A DNA stretch of 63,286 nt from Candidatus Bipolaricaulis sp. Lineage in GTDB: Bacteria > Bipolaricaulota > Bipolaricaulia > UBA7950 > UBA9294. Position numbers and translations under genes: made by a program. This document shows positions 9,344 to 22,116 of the stretch, in pieces (within the stretch, counting starts at the first letter, position 1; each line of letters begins with the position of its first letter). Location: NCBI GenBank assembly GCA_028713635.1, contig JAQTNX010000002.1, positions 1 to 63,286 of the forward strand, written 5' to 3'. Below the pieces are notes generated by a model. That model made no database searches. It saw only the letters and a list, made by a program, of their open reading frames with translations, and was not told the DNA's origin.

Positions 9344-10578
9344 ACGTCGGCGTCCTCGGCTCCGGAGGGAGGGAACACGCGCTGGCGTGGAAGCTGGCGC
9401 AGAGCCCTCATGCCGAGTCCGTCGTCATCCTCCCCGGGAACGGAGGAACATCGCCGAACGTCACGGTCTGTCCGACCGACCCGGAGGACGTGGCGGCGGT
9501 GTGCGAGCGGCTGGATCTCGACCTCCTGGTCGTGGGCGGAGAGGAAGCGCTGGCGGCGGGTGTCGTCGATCGTCTCCAAGCGACGTCGACCCTGGCGTTC
9601 GGCCCGACGGCGGCGGCCACTCGGCTGGAGAGTTCGAAGCTGTGGGCGAAGCGGTTCATGGAGCGGCACGGTATCCCGAGCGCCGAGCACGCGGACGTTG
9701 GGTCGACGGCCGAGGTTCTGGCGGCGGCGGATCGGTGGGGCGGGCGCCTCGTCGTGAAAGCGGATGGGCTTGCGGCTGGAAAGGGAGTCGTCGTGTGCGA
9801 TTCCCCGGCCCGAGCGGGAGAGGCGTGGGAGGACGTACGGCGATCCCGCCCGGCGGGCGAACCCGTGTTCGTTGAGAGAGTCCTCGAGGGTTGGGAGGTC
9901 TCCGTGCTCTGCGTGACGGACGGTCGCGCATGCGCCCTCCTTCCCGCAGCGCAGGACCACAAGGCCGCGTACGACGGAGATCGCGGGCCGAACACCGGAG
10001 GGATGGGAGCCTTCGCCCCGGTGCCGGCGCTCGACACCGGGGTCCTCGAGGTCGTCCGGCGGACGATCCTCGAGCCGACCCTCGCCGGGCTGCGGTCGGA
10101 GGGGATCGCGTACTGCGGGTTCCTCTACCTTGGGCTGATGGTGACGAGCGATGGGCCGAAGGTCTTGGAGTACAACGCGCGACTTGGCGACCCGGAGGCC
10201 GAGGTCATTCTGCCGCTCCTTCGCGGCGACCTCCTCGACGTGATGCGCGCGTGCTGCAGGGGGGCGTGGAACGGGACGGGGCTCTCGGCGGCGGACGGAT
10301 TCGCTGTGGACGTCGTGCTGGCGTCGGGGGGGTACCCGGGCGCCTACGCGACGGGTCACGAAATCGTGGGGCTCGAGAGTGTCGAACCCGGGGTTCTTGT
10401 CTTCCACGGAGGAACTCGGCGCGCCGGGGACCGACTCCTGACGAGCGGCGGGCGCGTTCTCCACGTGGTTGCGCGCGGGGACGTCCTGACGGAGGCCGTC
10501 GACCGGGCGTACCGGAATGTTGCTCGGATCCGCTTCGCGGGGATGCATGCACGACGGGACATCGGACGGAGGCACTAG
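9340..10578 (+). CDS. purD: Phosphoribosylamine-glycine ligase
   Basis: VLGSGGREHAL, VVKADGLAAGKGV, QDHK, GPNTGGMG, EYNARLGDPE, SGGRVL. GTGA overlap with the upstream gene. Confidence 0.97.
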   Translation: MNVGVLGSGGREHALAWKLAQSPHAESVVILPGNGGTSPNVTVCPTDPEDVAAVCERLDLDLLVVGGEEALAAGVVDRLQATSTLAFGPTAAATRLESSKLWAKRFMERHGIPSAEHADVGSTAEVLAAADRWGGRLVVKADGLAAGKGVVVCDSPARAGEAWEDVRRSRPAGEPVFVERVLEGWEVSVLCVTDGRACALLPAAQDHKAAYDGDRGPNTGGMGAFAPVPALDTGVLEVVRRTILEPTLAGLRSEGIAYCGFLYLGLMVTSDGPKVLEYNARLGDPEAEVILPLLRGDLLDVMRACCRGAWNGTGLSAADGFAVDVVLASGGYPGAYATGHEIVGLESVEPGVLVFHGGTRRAGDRLLTSGGRVLHVVARGDVLTEAVDRAYRNVARIRFAGMHARRDIGRRH

Positions 10579-11202
10579 ATGCGGCGCGTCGCTGTCTTGA
10601 TCTCGGGCCGAGGGACGAACCTCGAGCGGATCGTCGCCGAAGTCCGAGACGGTTGCCTCTCCGGCGTCTGCGCCGTGGTCGTGGTCGTGTCGAACCGTCC
10701 GGAGGCCGGAGGTCTTGAGGTGGCCCGTCGCGCCGGCATTCCGACGCGCGTTGTCCCCTCGTCTGGTTTGGACGGCGAGGCGTACGGACGGCGGCTTCTT
10801 GAGGCACTCGGGCCGTGGAAGCTCGACGCCGTCGTTCTGGCTGGGTTCATGCGCGTCCTCTCGGCCGAGGTGGTCGAGCGGTTTCGGAACCGGATCGTCA
10901 ACATCCATCCGGCGGACACGGCCGAGTATCAGGGCATGGACGGCTACGGGTGGGCGTTCGAGCGCGGGCTGTCCGAAACGAAGGTCACCGTCCACCTCGT
11001 CGACGAAGGGGTGGACACGGGGCGGGTGCTGGCTCAGGAGACCGTGTCGCTGCAGGGCGCGACGACGCTCGACGACGTGAGGCGGCGCGGCCTCGACGTC
11101 GAGCACGACCTCTACAGCCGAGCGTTGCGACGGTGGTTCGAGAACGAGGGCCGATCGTGGGACGCGTCGACCGGCGGGAGGGCACCATGTGCGGAGTCCT
11201 AG
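10579..11202 (+). CDS. purN: Phosphoribosylglycinamide formyltransferase
   Basis: VAVLISGRGTNL, LAGFMRVL, NIHP, VHLVDEGVDTG. Confidence 0.95.
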   Translation: MRRVAVLISGRGTNLERIVAEVRDGCLSGVCAVVVVVSNRPEAGGLEVARRAGIPTRVVPSSGLDGEAYGRRLLEALGPWKLDAVVLAGFMRVLSAEVVERFRNRIVNIHPADTAEYQGMDGYGWAFERGLSETKVTVHLVDEGVDTGRVLAQETVSLQGATTLDDVRRRGLDVEHDLYSRALRRWFENEGRSWDASTGGRAPCAES

Positions 11203-12617
11203 GGATCTGGGGACGCTCGGAGGTGGCCGCCGACCTGATGTTCGGCCTGACGACGCTGCAACATCGCGGCCAGGACGCCGCGGGCGCCATCACGTTCGAT
11301 GGCTCGTTCCACGTCAAGATCGGTCGGGGACTCGTCAGCCGCGTGTTCGAAGACCGCCACCAAGAGCGGCTGCGCGGGACATGGGGCCTCGGTCACGTCC
11401 GCTATGCGACGATGGGGTCGACCGACGTCGAGGACGCCCAGCCCGTGCACGTCAACTACCCGTACGGGCTCGCCATGGTCCACAACGGCAACGTCGTCAA
11501 CTTCGCGGAGGTGCGCGAGAACCTCTACACCGAGCACCACCGACTCGTGGACACGTCGAACGACGTAGCCCTGATCCTGTACACGTTCGCTGCGGTGTTG
11601 GAACGGCGGAACCTTCGGGCCCTGACGGTCGATGACCTGTTCTCGTGCGTTGATGCTACGCGGCGGGCGATTCACGGCGCGTACGCCGTCATCTGTCTGA
11701 TCGCCGGGCGCGGACTCCTGGCGTTCTGTGATCCTCACGGAATCCGGCCGATGGTCCTCGGCGTCCGCCGGACTTCCAAAGGACCGGAGTACGCGATCGC
11801 CTCGGAGACGACGTGCCTCGACTACCTCGGATTCGAGGTCGAGGGAGAGATCGGCGCGGGAGAAGCCGTGTTCATCGACGCCTCGGGCACCGTACATCGC
11901 CACCGGGGCCCCGCAGAGAAGCCCGCGTTCTGCGTGTTTGAGTACATCTACTTTGCCCGCGAGGACTCGGTGCTCCGAGGGAGGGTGGTTGCGGCGGAAC
12001 GAGAGCGCATGGGGCGTGCGCTCGCCGACGTCGTCCGCCGCGCGGAGCTTCGGCCCGACGTGGTCATCGATGTGCCGGCGTCGGGATTCCTGTTCGCTTC
12101 GAGCATGGCGCAGGCGCTCGGGGTTCCCTTCCGGCGCGGCCTCGCGAAGAACCACCACATCGGGCGAAGCTTCATCCTGCCGACCGACGAGGAGCGCCGC
12201 CGAATGGTGCGCCTGAAGCTGAACCCGATCCGCGGGGTCCTCGAGGGGCAGCGGGTGGCGGTCGTCGATGATTCGATCGTTCGGGGAACGACCTCGCGCC
12301 GGCTGGTCGAGCTTCTGCGCAGCGCCGGAGCGCGAGAAGTCTACGTGATCAGCGCCGCTCCGCCGGTGACCTGCCCGTGCGTTTACGGGATCGACATGTC
12401 GACGACGGGGGAGATCATTGCGGCGAACCGAACAGTCGACGACGTCTGTCGCATGATCGGAGCCGACGCCGTCGTCTATCAGGATCTCTCCGTGCTCCGA
12501 TCGCTCTACGGGGAGGTCTCGTGCTGCGACGCGTGCTTCTCGGGTGAGTATCCCACGCACGTTGATCGCGAAGCGCTCGACGGTATCCGTCGGGAGAAAG
12601 AAGGCGCCGGGCGGTGA
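11187..12617 (+). CDS. purF: Amidophosphoribosyltransferase
   Basis: N-terminal MCG nucleophile, LQHRGQDAAG, HNGN, CVFEYIYFAR, VVDDSIVRGTT, CVYGIDM, C-terminal Fe-S cysteines (CCDAC). Confidence 0.97.
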   Translation: MCGVLGIWGRSEVAADLMFGLTTLQHRGQDAAGAITFDGSFHVKIGRGLVSRVFEDRHQERLRGTWGLGHVRYATMGSTDVEDAQPVHVNYPYGLAMVHNGNVVNFAEVRENLYTEHHRLVDTSNDVALILYTFAAVLERRNLRALTVDDLFSCVDATRRAIHGAYAVICLIAGRGLLAFCDPHGIRPMVLGVRRTSKGPEYAIASETTCLDYLGFEVEGEIGAGEAVFIDASGTVHRHRGPAEKPAFCVFEYIYFAREDSVLRGRVVAAERERMGRALADVVRRAELRPDVVIDVPASGFLFASSMAQALGVPFRRGLAKNHHIGRSFILPTDEERRRMVRLKLNPIRGVLEGQRVAVVDDSIVRGTTSRRLVELLRSAGAREVYVISAAPPVTCPCVYGIDMSTTGEIIAANRTVDDVCRMIGADAVVYQDLSVLRSLYGEVSCCDACFSGEYPTHVDREALDGIRREKEGAGR

Positions 12618-12816
12618 AGCCGCCCGGCAACGGGTCCACTTCACGGGCTTCCACGGCGTCTCACCGCAGAGAGCGTCGAGTGGCGCGGAGGAGATGCGCA
12701 AAGGGATTGCGTTCCTAGGGCGCGGAGGACGCTCGAATCCCCACTGGATCGAGATGAGGCGTGCGGGGCTTGCATACTTCGGCGTTCTCTGCTGTCGCCG
12801 GGGTCGGCGTGTGGCT

Positions 12817-13623
12817 CTAGAGAATCGCCTCGATCATCTCGCCGATCAGATCGATCGGGTGGCCGACGTAGCGGATGACGCCCTGGCGGTCGATCACGAA
12901 GGTGCACGGGATGCCGACGTCCGTGCCGTCGAGGTCGTACAGCTCCGTGAGGGGGCTTCTACTCTTGCCGCCGGGTTCCCAGACCGAGAGGAACGCGTCG
13001 TACCCGCCGTTCTCGAGGAAGTCGATCGACGTCTGCTCTGCGGCGTCCGTGCTCACAACGATGACCACGACGCCCTCGTCGGCGTAGTCGCGGGCGAGCT
13101 CGTCAAGGTGAGGCATGCTGATCCGGCACGGCGCGCACCATGCCCCCCAGAAGTCGAGGAGGACGACCTCTCCGCGGTGGTCGTAGAGGGTGAGCGATCC
13201 ACCGTCCGTCGTGTGGGCCGTGAAATTGGGGGCGGTGTCACCGACGGACGTTCCGACGGGCGGTCCGCTCTCATCCGCTGTGATCGTCAAGGTGTCGGAA
13301 TCCTGCCTGCCGCGGCTGTCCGTCAGGATCAGCACAGCGGCGTAGGTTCCGGCGTCGTATGTGTGGTGCACGATGACGCCGAGATCCGAGCCCACGGACG
13401 ACGGTGAGCCGTCGCCGAAGTCGAGCTCGTACGTCGCAGCCCCATCTTCGTCGCAGACCGAGTACGACAGGTCGAACGCGACGTCGAGCGGCGCGGCGCC
13501 GGTGATGACCGCCGCGGTCAGCACCGCGATCGGCTCCTCCCGGCTTGTGCACCCCGTGAGCGCGGCGGCCACAAGGGCAAGGCCGAGGCCCCGCCGGGCG
13601 CAACGAACGAGACGGCTATCCAT
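12817..13623 (-). CDS. Lipoprotein with PKD domain and TlpA-like thioredoxin domain (WCAPC)
   Basis: Lipobox ALTG-C. PKD pattern APLDVAFD...DFGDG...HHTYDAGTYAAVLILTD. LLDFWGAWCAPC and FVIDRQGVIRY. Confidence 0.85.
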   Translation of the reverse strand: MDSRLVRCARRGLGLALVAAALTGCTSREEPIAVLTAAVITGAAPLDVAFDLSYSVCDEDGAATYELDFGDGSPSSVGSDLGVIVHHTYDAGTYAAVLILTDSRGRQDSDTLTITADESGPPVGTSVGDTAPNFTAHTTDGGSLTLYDHRGEVVLLDFWGAWCAPCRISMPHLDELARDYADEGVVVIVVSTDAAEQTSIDFLENGGYDAFLSVWEPGGKSRSPLTELYDLDGTDVGIPCTFVIDRQGVIRYVGHPIDLIGEMIEAIL

Positions 13624-13800
13624 GGGCCGAGCATGACCGGCGTCCGGGGGAAGAACAATGGCGCCTGGGCAGCGACGGTCCGACACATCTCCCGTCTCCC
13701 GAGGACGCAGGCGTCTTTCGACTCAGTGGGACCCAGGGGGCTGCACGACCGGTCGTCTGTCCGAGTCCGCCGCCAGCGACTGCACGCCGGGCCGGCGTTG

Positions 13801-13830
13801 TTGACTGGCCGCCCGGGGACAGCGTATCAT
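13801..13830 (+). promoter_or_regulatory. Sigma70-type promoter of ileS-purA
   Basis: TTGACT, 18-nt spacer, TATCAT. Confidence 0.65.
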
Positions 13831-13990
13831 GCGCTGTGATCGCGTCATGGTGCGGAAACGACAGCGCAACATGCCTCTTCTGATCTACATTCCTGTGCCC
13901 CGCTAAGGGGCGCTCGTCGGTTCGTCTTTCGTCGCTTTCGGGTGTGCGTGGCTGGGAATGGGCATTGCTGGCTTTGGAGTAAGGAGAGAC

Positions 13991-17155
<3,165 letters not shown>

Positions 17156-17164
17156 GAGGCCAAG

Positions 17165-18430
17165 ATGTCGACGGCGGTTCTTGGACTGCAGTGGGGCGAT
17201 GAGGGCAAGGGCAAGATCACTCACCTGTTGGCGCGCGAGGCCGACATGGTCGTTCGCTTCAACGGAGGCCCGAACGCCGGACACACCGTGATCGACCGCG
17301 GAGTCAAGTTCGGCACCCATCTGATTCCGGCCGGCGCGTTCTACTCCGGGGTGACCTCTGTCCTCGCGGCGGGGATGGTCGTCGACGTCGAGCTCTTGTC
17401 GAAGGAGATCCGCGCCGTGGCGGACCACATCGGCGAGAGGCCGCGGGTGCTTCTCGCCGAGAACGCGCACCTCATCCTTCCGTATCACCGGACCCTCGAA
17501 GAGCTGGAGGGAAGCGGCGCTCGGTTCGGAACCACGCGACGCGGGATCGCGCCGGCCTATCGCGACAAGGTCGCGCATGTCGGAGTCCGCGCCGGCGATC
17601 TCCTCGAGCCGGAGGCTCTGCGGCAGCGGATGGCATGGCGCCTCGACCTCCTCAAGCGGGAGTGGCCGGCAAGCGAGGAGATGCAGGCGTACTCCGCCGA
17701 GGCGCTGGCCGAGGGACTGCTTGCGGCTGGGAGGGAGCTGAGGGATGGAATCTGCGACGTGTCTCCCGTGGTGGACGAAGCCCTGCGGAAGGGGAGGAGG
17801 GTGCTCTTCGAGGGAGCGCAAGGGACGCTCCTCGACGTCGACTTCGGAACCTACCCGTTCGTGACGTCGTCGTCCACGACATACGGCGGGATCGGGCCCT
17901 CCCTCGGCATCGCGCGTCCGTCGATCGACCGGCGTGTGGGCGTCGCGAAGGCCTACCTGACTCGGGTCGGCGAGGGTCCGTTCCCCACGGAGCTGGAAAG
18001 CCCGGTCGGGGCAAGCCTTCGGGAGCGCGGCGGGGAGTACGGCACGACGACCGGTCGACCGAGACGGTGTGGGTGGCTCGACCTCGTGGCGCTGCACTAC
18101 GCAGCGACGTTGAACGGGATCACCGAGATTGCCCTTACGAAGCTCGACGTCCTCAACGAGATGGACGAGATTCTCGTCTGCACCGAGTACCGCATCGGCG
18201 GACGTCGCGTGGACAGGTATCCGCTCTCGGGAGAACGGCTGTCACGTTGTGAGCCGGTGTACGAGGCCGTGCGTGGCTGGAGGGAATCGCTTGGCGAGCC
18301 CGCGTCGGTGGAGGCGCTCCCCCGGGCGGCGGCGAGCTACGTGCGGCTGATCGAGAAGAAGCTTGGGGTTCCGGTGGGCATGGTTTCGTACGGTCCACGA
18401 CCGGAAGAGACGATCGGAACGACGCTTTGA
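17165..18430 (+). CDS. purA: Adenylosuccinate synthetase
   Basis: [53 protein letters not shown]. Confidence 0.97.
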   Translation: MSTAVLGLQWGDEGKGKITHLLAREADMVVRFNGGPNAGHTVIDRGVKFGTHLIPAGAFYSGVTSVLAAGMVVDVELLSKEIRAVADHIGERPRVLLAENAHLILPYHRTLEELEGSGARFGTTRRGIAPAYRDKVAHVGVRAGDLLEPEALRQRMAWRLDLLKREWPASEEMQAYSAEALAEGLLAAGRELRDGICDVSPVVDEALRKGRRVLFEGAQGTLLDVDFGTYPFVTSSSTTYGGIGPSLGIARPSIDRRVGVAKAYLTRVGEGPFPTELESPVGASLRERGGEYGTTTGRPRRCGWLDLVALHYAATLNGITEIALTKLDVLNEMDEILVCTEYRIGGRRVDRYPLSGERLSRCEPVYEAVRGWRESLGEPASVEALPRAAASYVRLIEKKLGVPVGMVSYGPRPEETIGTTL

Positions 18431-18455
18431 AAGGGTCGAGTCCCAGAGCTATAAT
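18427..18455 (+). promoter_or_regulatory. Sigma70-type promoter of rplM
   Basis: TTGAAA, 17-nt spacer, TATAAT; overlaps the purA stop. Confidence 0.75.
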
Positions 18456-18491
18456 CCACCCTTGAACCGCAGACCTTGGAGGAGTTCCAAC

Positions 18492-18941
18492 ATGCAACGG
18501 CAACGGACGTTTCTCGCAAAGAACGAAGAGATGGGGAAGACGTGGAATCGCGACTGGTACGTGGTCAACGCCGACGGGAAGCGACTCGGTCGGCTCGCCT
18601 CGGAGATCGCCGTCATCCTTCAAGGGAAGCACAAGCCGATCTACACGCCCCACGTCGACACCGGGGACTTCGTTGTCGTGATCAACGCCGACCGGATCGA
18701 ACTCACCGGCCAGAAGTGGGATGACAAGCTGTACCAGCGGCATACGGGATACATGGGCGGACTCAAGTCGATGTCGTACCGCAGGCTCATCGGCCGGCAC
18801 CCCGAGCTCCCCATCCGAGAGGCCGTGCGCAGGATGCTCCCGAAGTCGATCCTCGGCCGGCAGATGCTGCGCAAGCTCAAGATCTATGCGGGCCCCGTGC
18901 ATCCCCACGCGGCGCAAGGTCCCAAGGAGTTAGAGATCTAG
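18492..18941 (+). CDS. rplM: 50S ribosomal protein L13
   Basis: [45 protein letters not shown]-like C-terminus. GGAGG RBS. Confidence 0.97.
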   Translation: MQRQRTFLAKNEEMGKTWNRDWYVVNADGKRLGRLASEIAVILQGKHKPIYTPHVDTGDFVVVINADRIELTGQKWDDKLYQRHTGYMGGLKSMSYRRLIGRHPELPIREAVRRMLPKSILGRQMLRKLKIYAGPVHPHAAQGPKELEI

Positions 18942-19103
18942 CAGGTTCGCGGTATTCGGGAGTCCGTCCTTCGGACATCTGTCCCGGACCCCGTAGACAA
19001 AGTCGGACAAGCGCTTCGACACCGTTCCTTCTTCGCGGTTTCTCGCAGAGCTAGACTCCCCTCACACGTTACCAGGCTTCACAATGGGTGGTGGGGAGTG
19101 AGA

Positions 19104-19730
19104 ATGTCCGATCGAACGCGCCGTACCGCAAGGTGGGTCGTCGCCGTCGTGATTGTCGCGACGGTCGCTCTGGGATGCTCCGCTCGGCCGAAGATCGCCG
19201 TGTTCCTGCAGGCTGCGGCGGCCGTGCCGACGGCGGACTTGGAGATCCTCAGGAACTACGCCAGTCAGCGCTGCTCGGTCGTGGCCGGGTGCGACGTCAA
19301 CACTCAGGGGGACTTGATGCTCGCCCAGCGCCTGACGGGGTCGTACGTCGGCAACAGCATGACGGTCGAAGGCATGCAGCGCCTCGCCGAGGCGCTGAAC
19401 GCGGACCATGTGGTCATCCTTCGGATTATCCAGTGGGAAAGCCAGATCTCGTACCGACCCGAACGATCCCTCGTCCTCTTGGGAGCGACATCGTTCCTCG
19501 ACACCACGCTGCAGATCCTCATTTCGCCGCTGGGTCTTCTGTTCGGAATCGACAAGGTCGCGACGGTGGGAATGTTCGTGTCCGTGTTCAGCCCGAAGGG
19601 CGATGTCGAGTTCACCACGTCGGTGACATGCGAGGACCGTCCGCTGTTCTCGCTTCTCACCGCGGACCCCGTGGAAGCCGCGAAGGATGCGATTGATGCA
19701 GCTCTCTACCAGGTCACTGTGGCACTGTAA
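19104..19730 (+). CDS. Lipoprotein, possible CsgG/LpoB/TolB-N-like fold
   Basis: Signal with VALG-C lipobox. MQRLAEALNADHVVILRI resembles the TolB-N/CsgG core. Internal hydrophobic stretch. Confidence 0.65.
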   Translation: MSDRTRRTARWVVAVVIVATVALGCSARPKIAVFLQAAAAVPTADLEILRNYASQRCSVVAGCDVNTQGDLMLAQRLTGSYVGNSMTVEGMQRLAEALNADHVVILRIIQWESQISYRPERSLVLLGATSFLDTTLQILISPLGLLFGIDKVATVGMFVSVFSPKGDVEFTTSVTCEDRPLFSLLTADPVEAAKDAIDAALYQVTVAL

Positions 19731-19869
19731 TGAAGATAGAAACCGGGAAGGAGGAGGATTGAAGCGTAATCGGTGTTACAGACTCCCGGGGGGAGGATCT
19801 GCTAGAGTGATGTTGCATTCCTGCTTTGAACACGAAGAGAAGATGAAAACGCCGACAAAGGAGGTAGCA

Positions 19870-22086
19870 ATGAAGGTGCGAAAGGGCAGTATTCTTAGCC
19901 TTTTCCTCCTTCTGGCGGTGGTCGTTCTCCTACTTCCGACGACGGGCTTGGCACAGGGAGACGGCTTCTACACTGTCAGTCAAGGGGAAACGCAAGTGCA
20001 GATCGAACCGCTGGCCAACGCAGCGGGCGCGGTCGCGTTCTACAAGATGACGAACATGCAGTCAGCGACAGGGCTTGAGAAGCCCAACACCGCGATTGTG
20101 TTCCTGTATCAGGACACCACGGGGGGCGTCGTCTCGCTGTTCGTCATTCTGGGTGCCGCGACCGGCACAGCGGGGTCGACGACGATGACTCTGTCCGGGG
20201 TTCCGGCGGGCGCAAGCTTCCTCGTCAAGGACGACGGAAGCGACTTCCGCGATACGTGGCAACTCACGCCGCCCACGGGCAGCATCTCGTGGACGTGGGA
20301 CCAGGGACGCGGCGACGGCATGGTGCTCGGGCCTCTTGGCACCGAGTTCTCGGTCACACTGTTCCCGCAGTTCTCAGCCGGCATCACCAGGGTTGTCTTC
20401 CTGTCCGGGAGCCTCGCGAGCCCCACGGAAGTCACGCTGAACCTGCTGGATCCGATCATTGTGGCGGGCACGCCGAACGAGCCGCCGCAGGTCGGGTTCA
20501 CGGTCTCTCCGTCGAATCCGCGTATCAACCAGCCGGTCACGTTCGACGCATCCTCGTCATTCGACCCGGACGGCCGGATTGACAAGTATGAGTGGGACTT
20601 CAACGGCGACGGCCTGTTCGACTCGACGACCACGGAGCCTACGGTCAGCTACACGTACGCGGCGAGCGGCGCAAAGAGCGTCACGGTCCGCGCGACGGAC
20701 AACGAGGGTGCGACGGCGCGGTCGACGCTGAGCGTGTCGATCGGAGACCTCGCGGTGAAGGTCACTCGAACGATCTCCACGTCGGCGGCGCTGCCCGGAA
20801 GCACGTTCCTGGTCGTCGTGCGCATGGAGCCGCAGATGGACGTCGCCGGCGTGGGTCTTCAGGAGAACCTGCCCGTGGGCTGGAAGATCAAGCCACTCGA
20901 GAACGCAGGTGCCGCGTTCAAGCGCGCGTCGGTTCAGTGGGTGTTCGTCGACCAGATTCGGGGAGGATCGACGAAGATCATCTCGTACGAGCTCACGGTG
21001 CCGCCGAGCGACCAGCTGATCGCGACGACGCTCCCCGTGTGCTTCACGCTGACGGGGACGTTCCAGGCGATGACGCCGTTCATGGAGCTGCCGGTCGAGG
21101 GAGACGCGAAGATCGAGGTCTCCACCGCTCTGCCTCTGAAGGAAGCCATCGCTCACCTCGTTCCTCGTGTCGGCCTGGACACGGAGGACACGATCGATTT
21201 GCGGCTGTCGCAGAAGATCGACCCTCAGCAGCTCAAGAGGGCGCTCGAGATGTGGCAGAACGACGAGGTCGTGCCGTGGACTCAAGGCTCGACGATCAGC
21301 CTCGAGCAGATGAAGGAGCTCTCGGCGTACGCGTACACGTGCACGCCGGTCGACCTGCCCCTGCCGCTCGTGCCGCCGGCCCGCATCTCGGCCGTCCGCA
21401 CGATCGCGACCCCGGTGCCGTGCAACAACGTCCTGCTCAACTACTACGGGCCGGGCGGCGACAAGGCGGGAAGCACCTTCACCGTGAAGGTTGAGATTTG
21501 GGCAGACCAGGACCTCTACGGCGTTGGTCTCAAGGAGGAGCTGCCGACGGGGTGGAAGGTCATTCCGATCGAGAATGACGGGCTCACCTACAAGCGCTCC
21601 CGCAACGAGTGGGTATGGCCTACGAAGCTCCCGGCCGGAGTGACGAAGACCATCATCTACCAAGTCGAGGTTCCGCAGACCGAGATGATCGAGATGGCCG
21701 CCAGCGATCCGTGCTACGCGAGCAGCAACGATCTCTACGGTGTGGTGGACTCGGCTCTGCCCTGCATGGAGGTGCCGGTTACCGGCGACAGCGGCGTCGA
21801 CGTCAGCGATTGTCTGTCCGTCCTTGTGGCGATTTCCCGCTGGGATGTGGACCACGATCGGCTCGACATTACCCTTTCCGACAGGATCTCGTTCCAGCAA
21901 GTTCAGCGGGCCATCGCCTTCTGGTTGGAGGACGAAGAGGTTCCGTGGACATGCGGCGAGACGGTTGGGTACCACATGCTGAAGGAGATCATCGCCTACT
22001 GGCTCACGGGGACGAACATCTGCGATCCACTTCCCGTGATCCCCGACGGCCCGTGTGATCCGAGCGCCTCGGTGTGCGGCGGGTAG
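19870..22086 (+). CDS. Secreted PKD protein with two tandem (cohesin-like beta-domain + helical module) units
   Basis: GGAGGT RBS. Signal peptide MKVRK...TGLA. PKD pattern FDASSSFDPDG...YEWDFNGDG. Internal repeat GVGLxExLPxGWK and ...VPWT...AY. Confidence 0.85.
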   Translation: MKVRKGSILSLFLLLAVVVLLLPTTGLAQGDGFYTVSQGETQVQIEPLANAAGAVAFYKMTNMQSATGLEKPNTAIVFLYQDTTGGVVSLFVILGAATGTAGSTTMTLSGVPAGASFLVKDDGSDFRDTWQLTPPTGSISWTWDQGRGDGMVLGPLGTEFSVTLFPQFSAGITRVVFLSGSLASPTEVTLNLLDPIIVAGTPNEPPQVGFTVSPSNPRINQPVTFDASSSFDPDGRIDKYEWDFNGDGLFDSTTTEPTVSYTYAASGAKSVTVRATDNEGATARSTLSVSIGDLAVKVTRTISTSAALPGSTFLVVVRMEPQMDVAGVGLQENLPVGWKIKPLENAGAAFKRASVQWVFVDQIRGGSTKIISYELTVPPSDQLIATTLPVCFTLTGTFQAMTPFMELPVEGDAKIEVSTALPLKEAIAHLVPRVGLDTEDTIDLRLSQKIDPQQLKRALEMWQNDEVVPWTQGSTISLEQMKELSAYAYTCTPVDLPLPLVPPARISAVRTIATPVPCNNVLLNYYGPGGDKAGSTFTVKVEIWADQDLYGVGLKEELPTGWKVIPIENDGLTYKRSRNEWVWPTKLPAGVTKTIIYQVEVPQTEMIEMAASDPCYASSNDLYGVVDSALPCMEVPVTGDSGVDVSDCLSVLVAISRWDVDHDRLDITLSDRISFQQVQRAIAFWLEDEEVPWTCGETVGYHMLKEIIAYWLTGTNICDPLPVIPDGPCDPSASVCGG

Positions 22087-22116
22087 CGCCGCACGCCGGG
22101 TGCTCCGTCGAGGGAG

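Noticed and set aside
13831-13990. T-box riboswitch upstream of ileS
   Set aside because: No T-box antiterminator (UGGNACC-type) sequence or stem I motifs were found.
19687-19869. Extended N-termini offered by the ORF track (also for purL, purF, murA, nitrilase, holB, aor and GT2)
   Set aside because: Downstream starts have an RBS, a signal peptide or a stop/start overlap, and the extensions are motif-free or overlap promoters.
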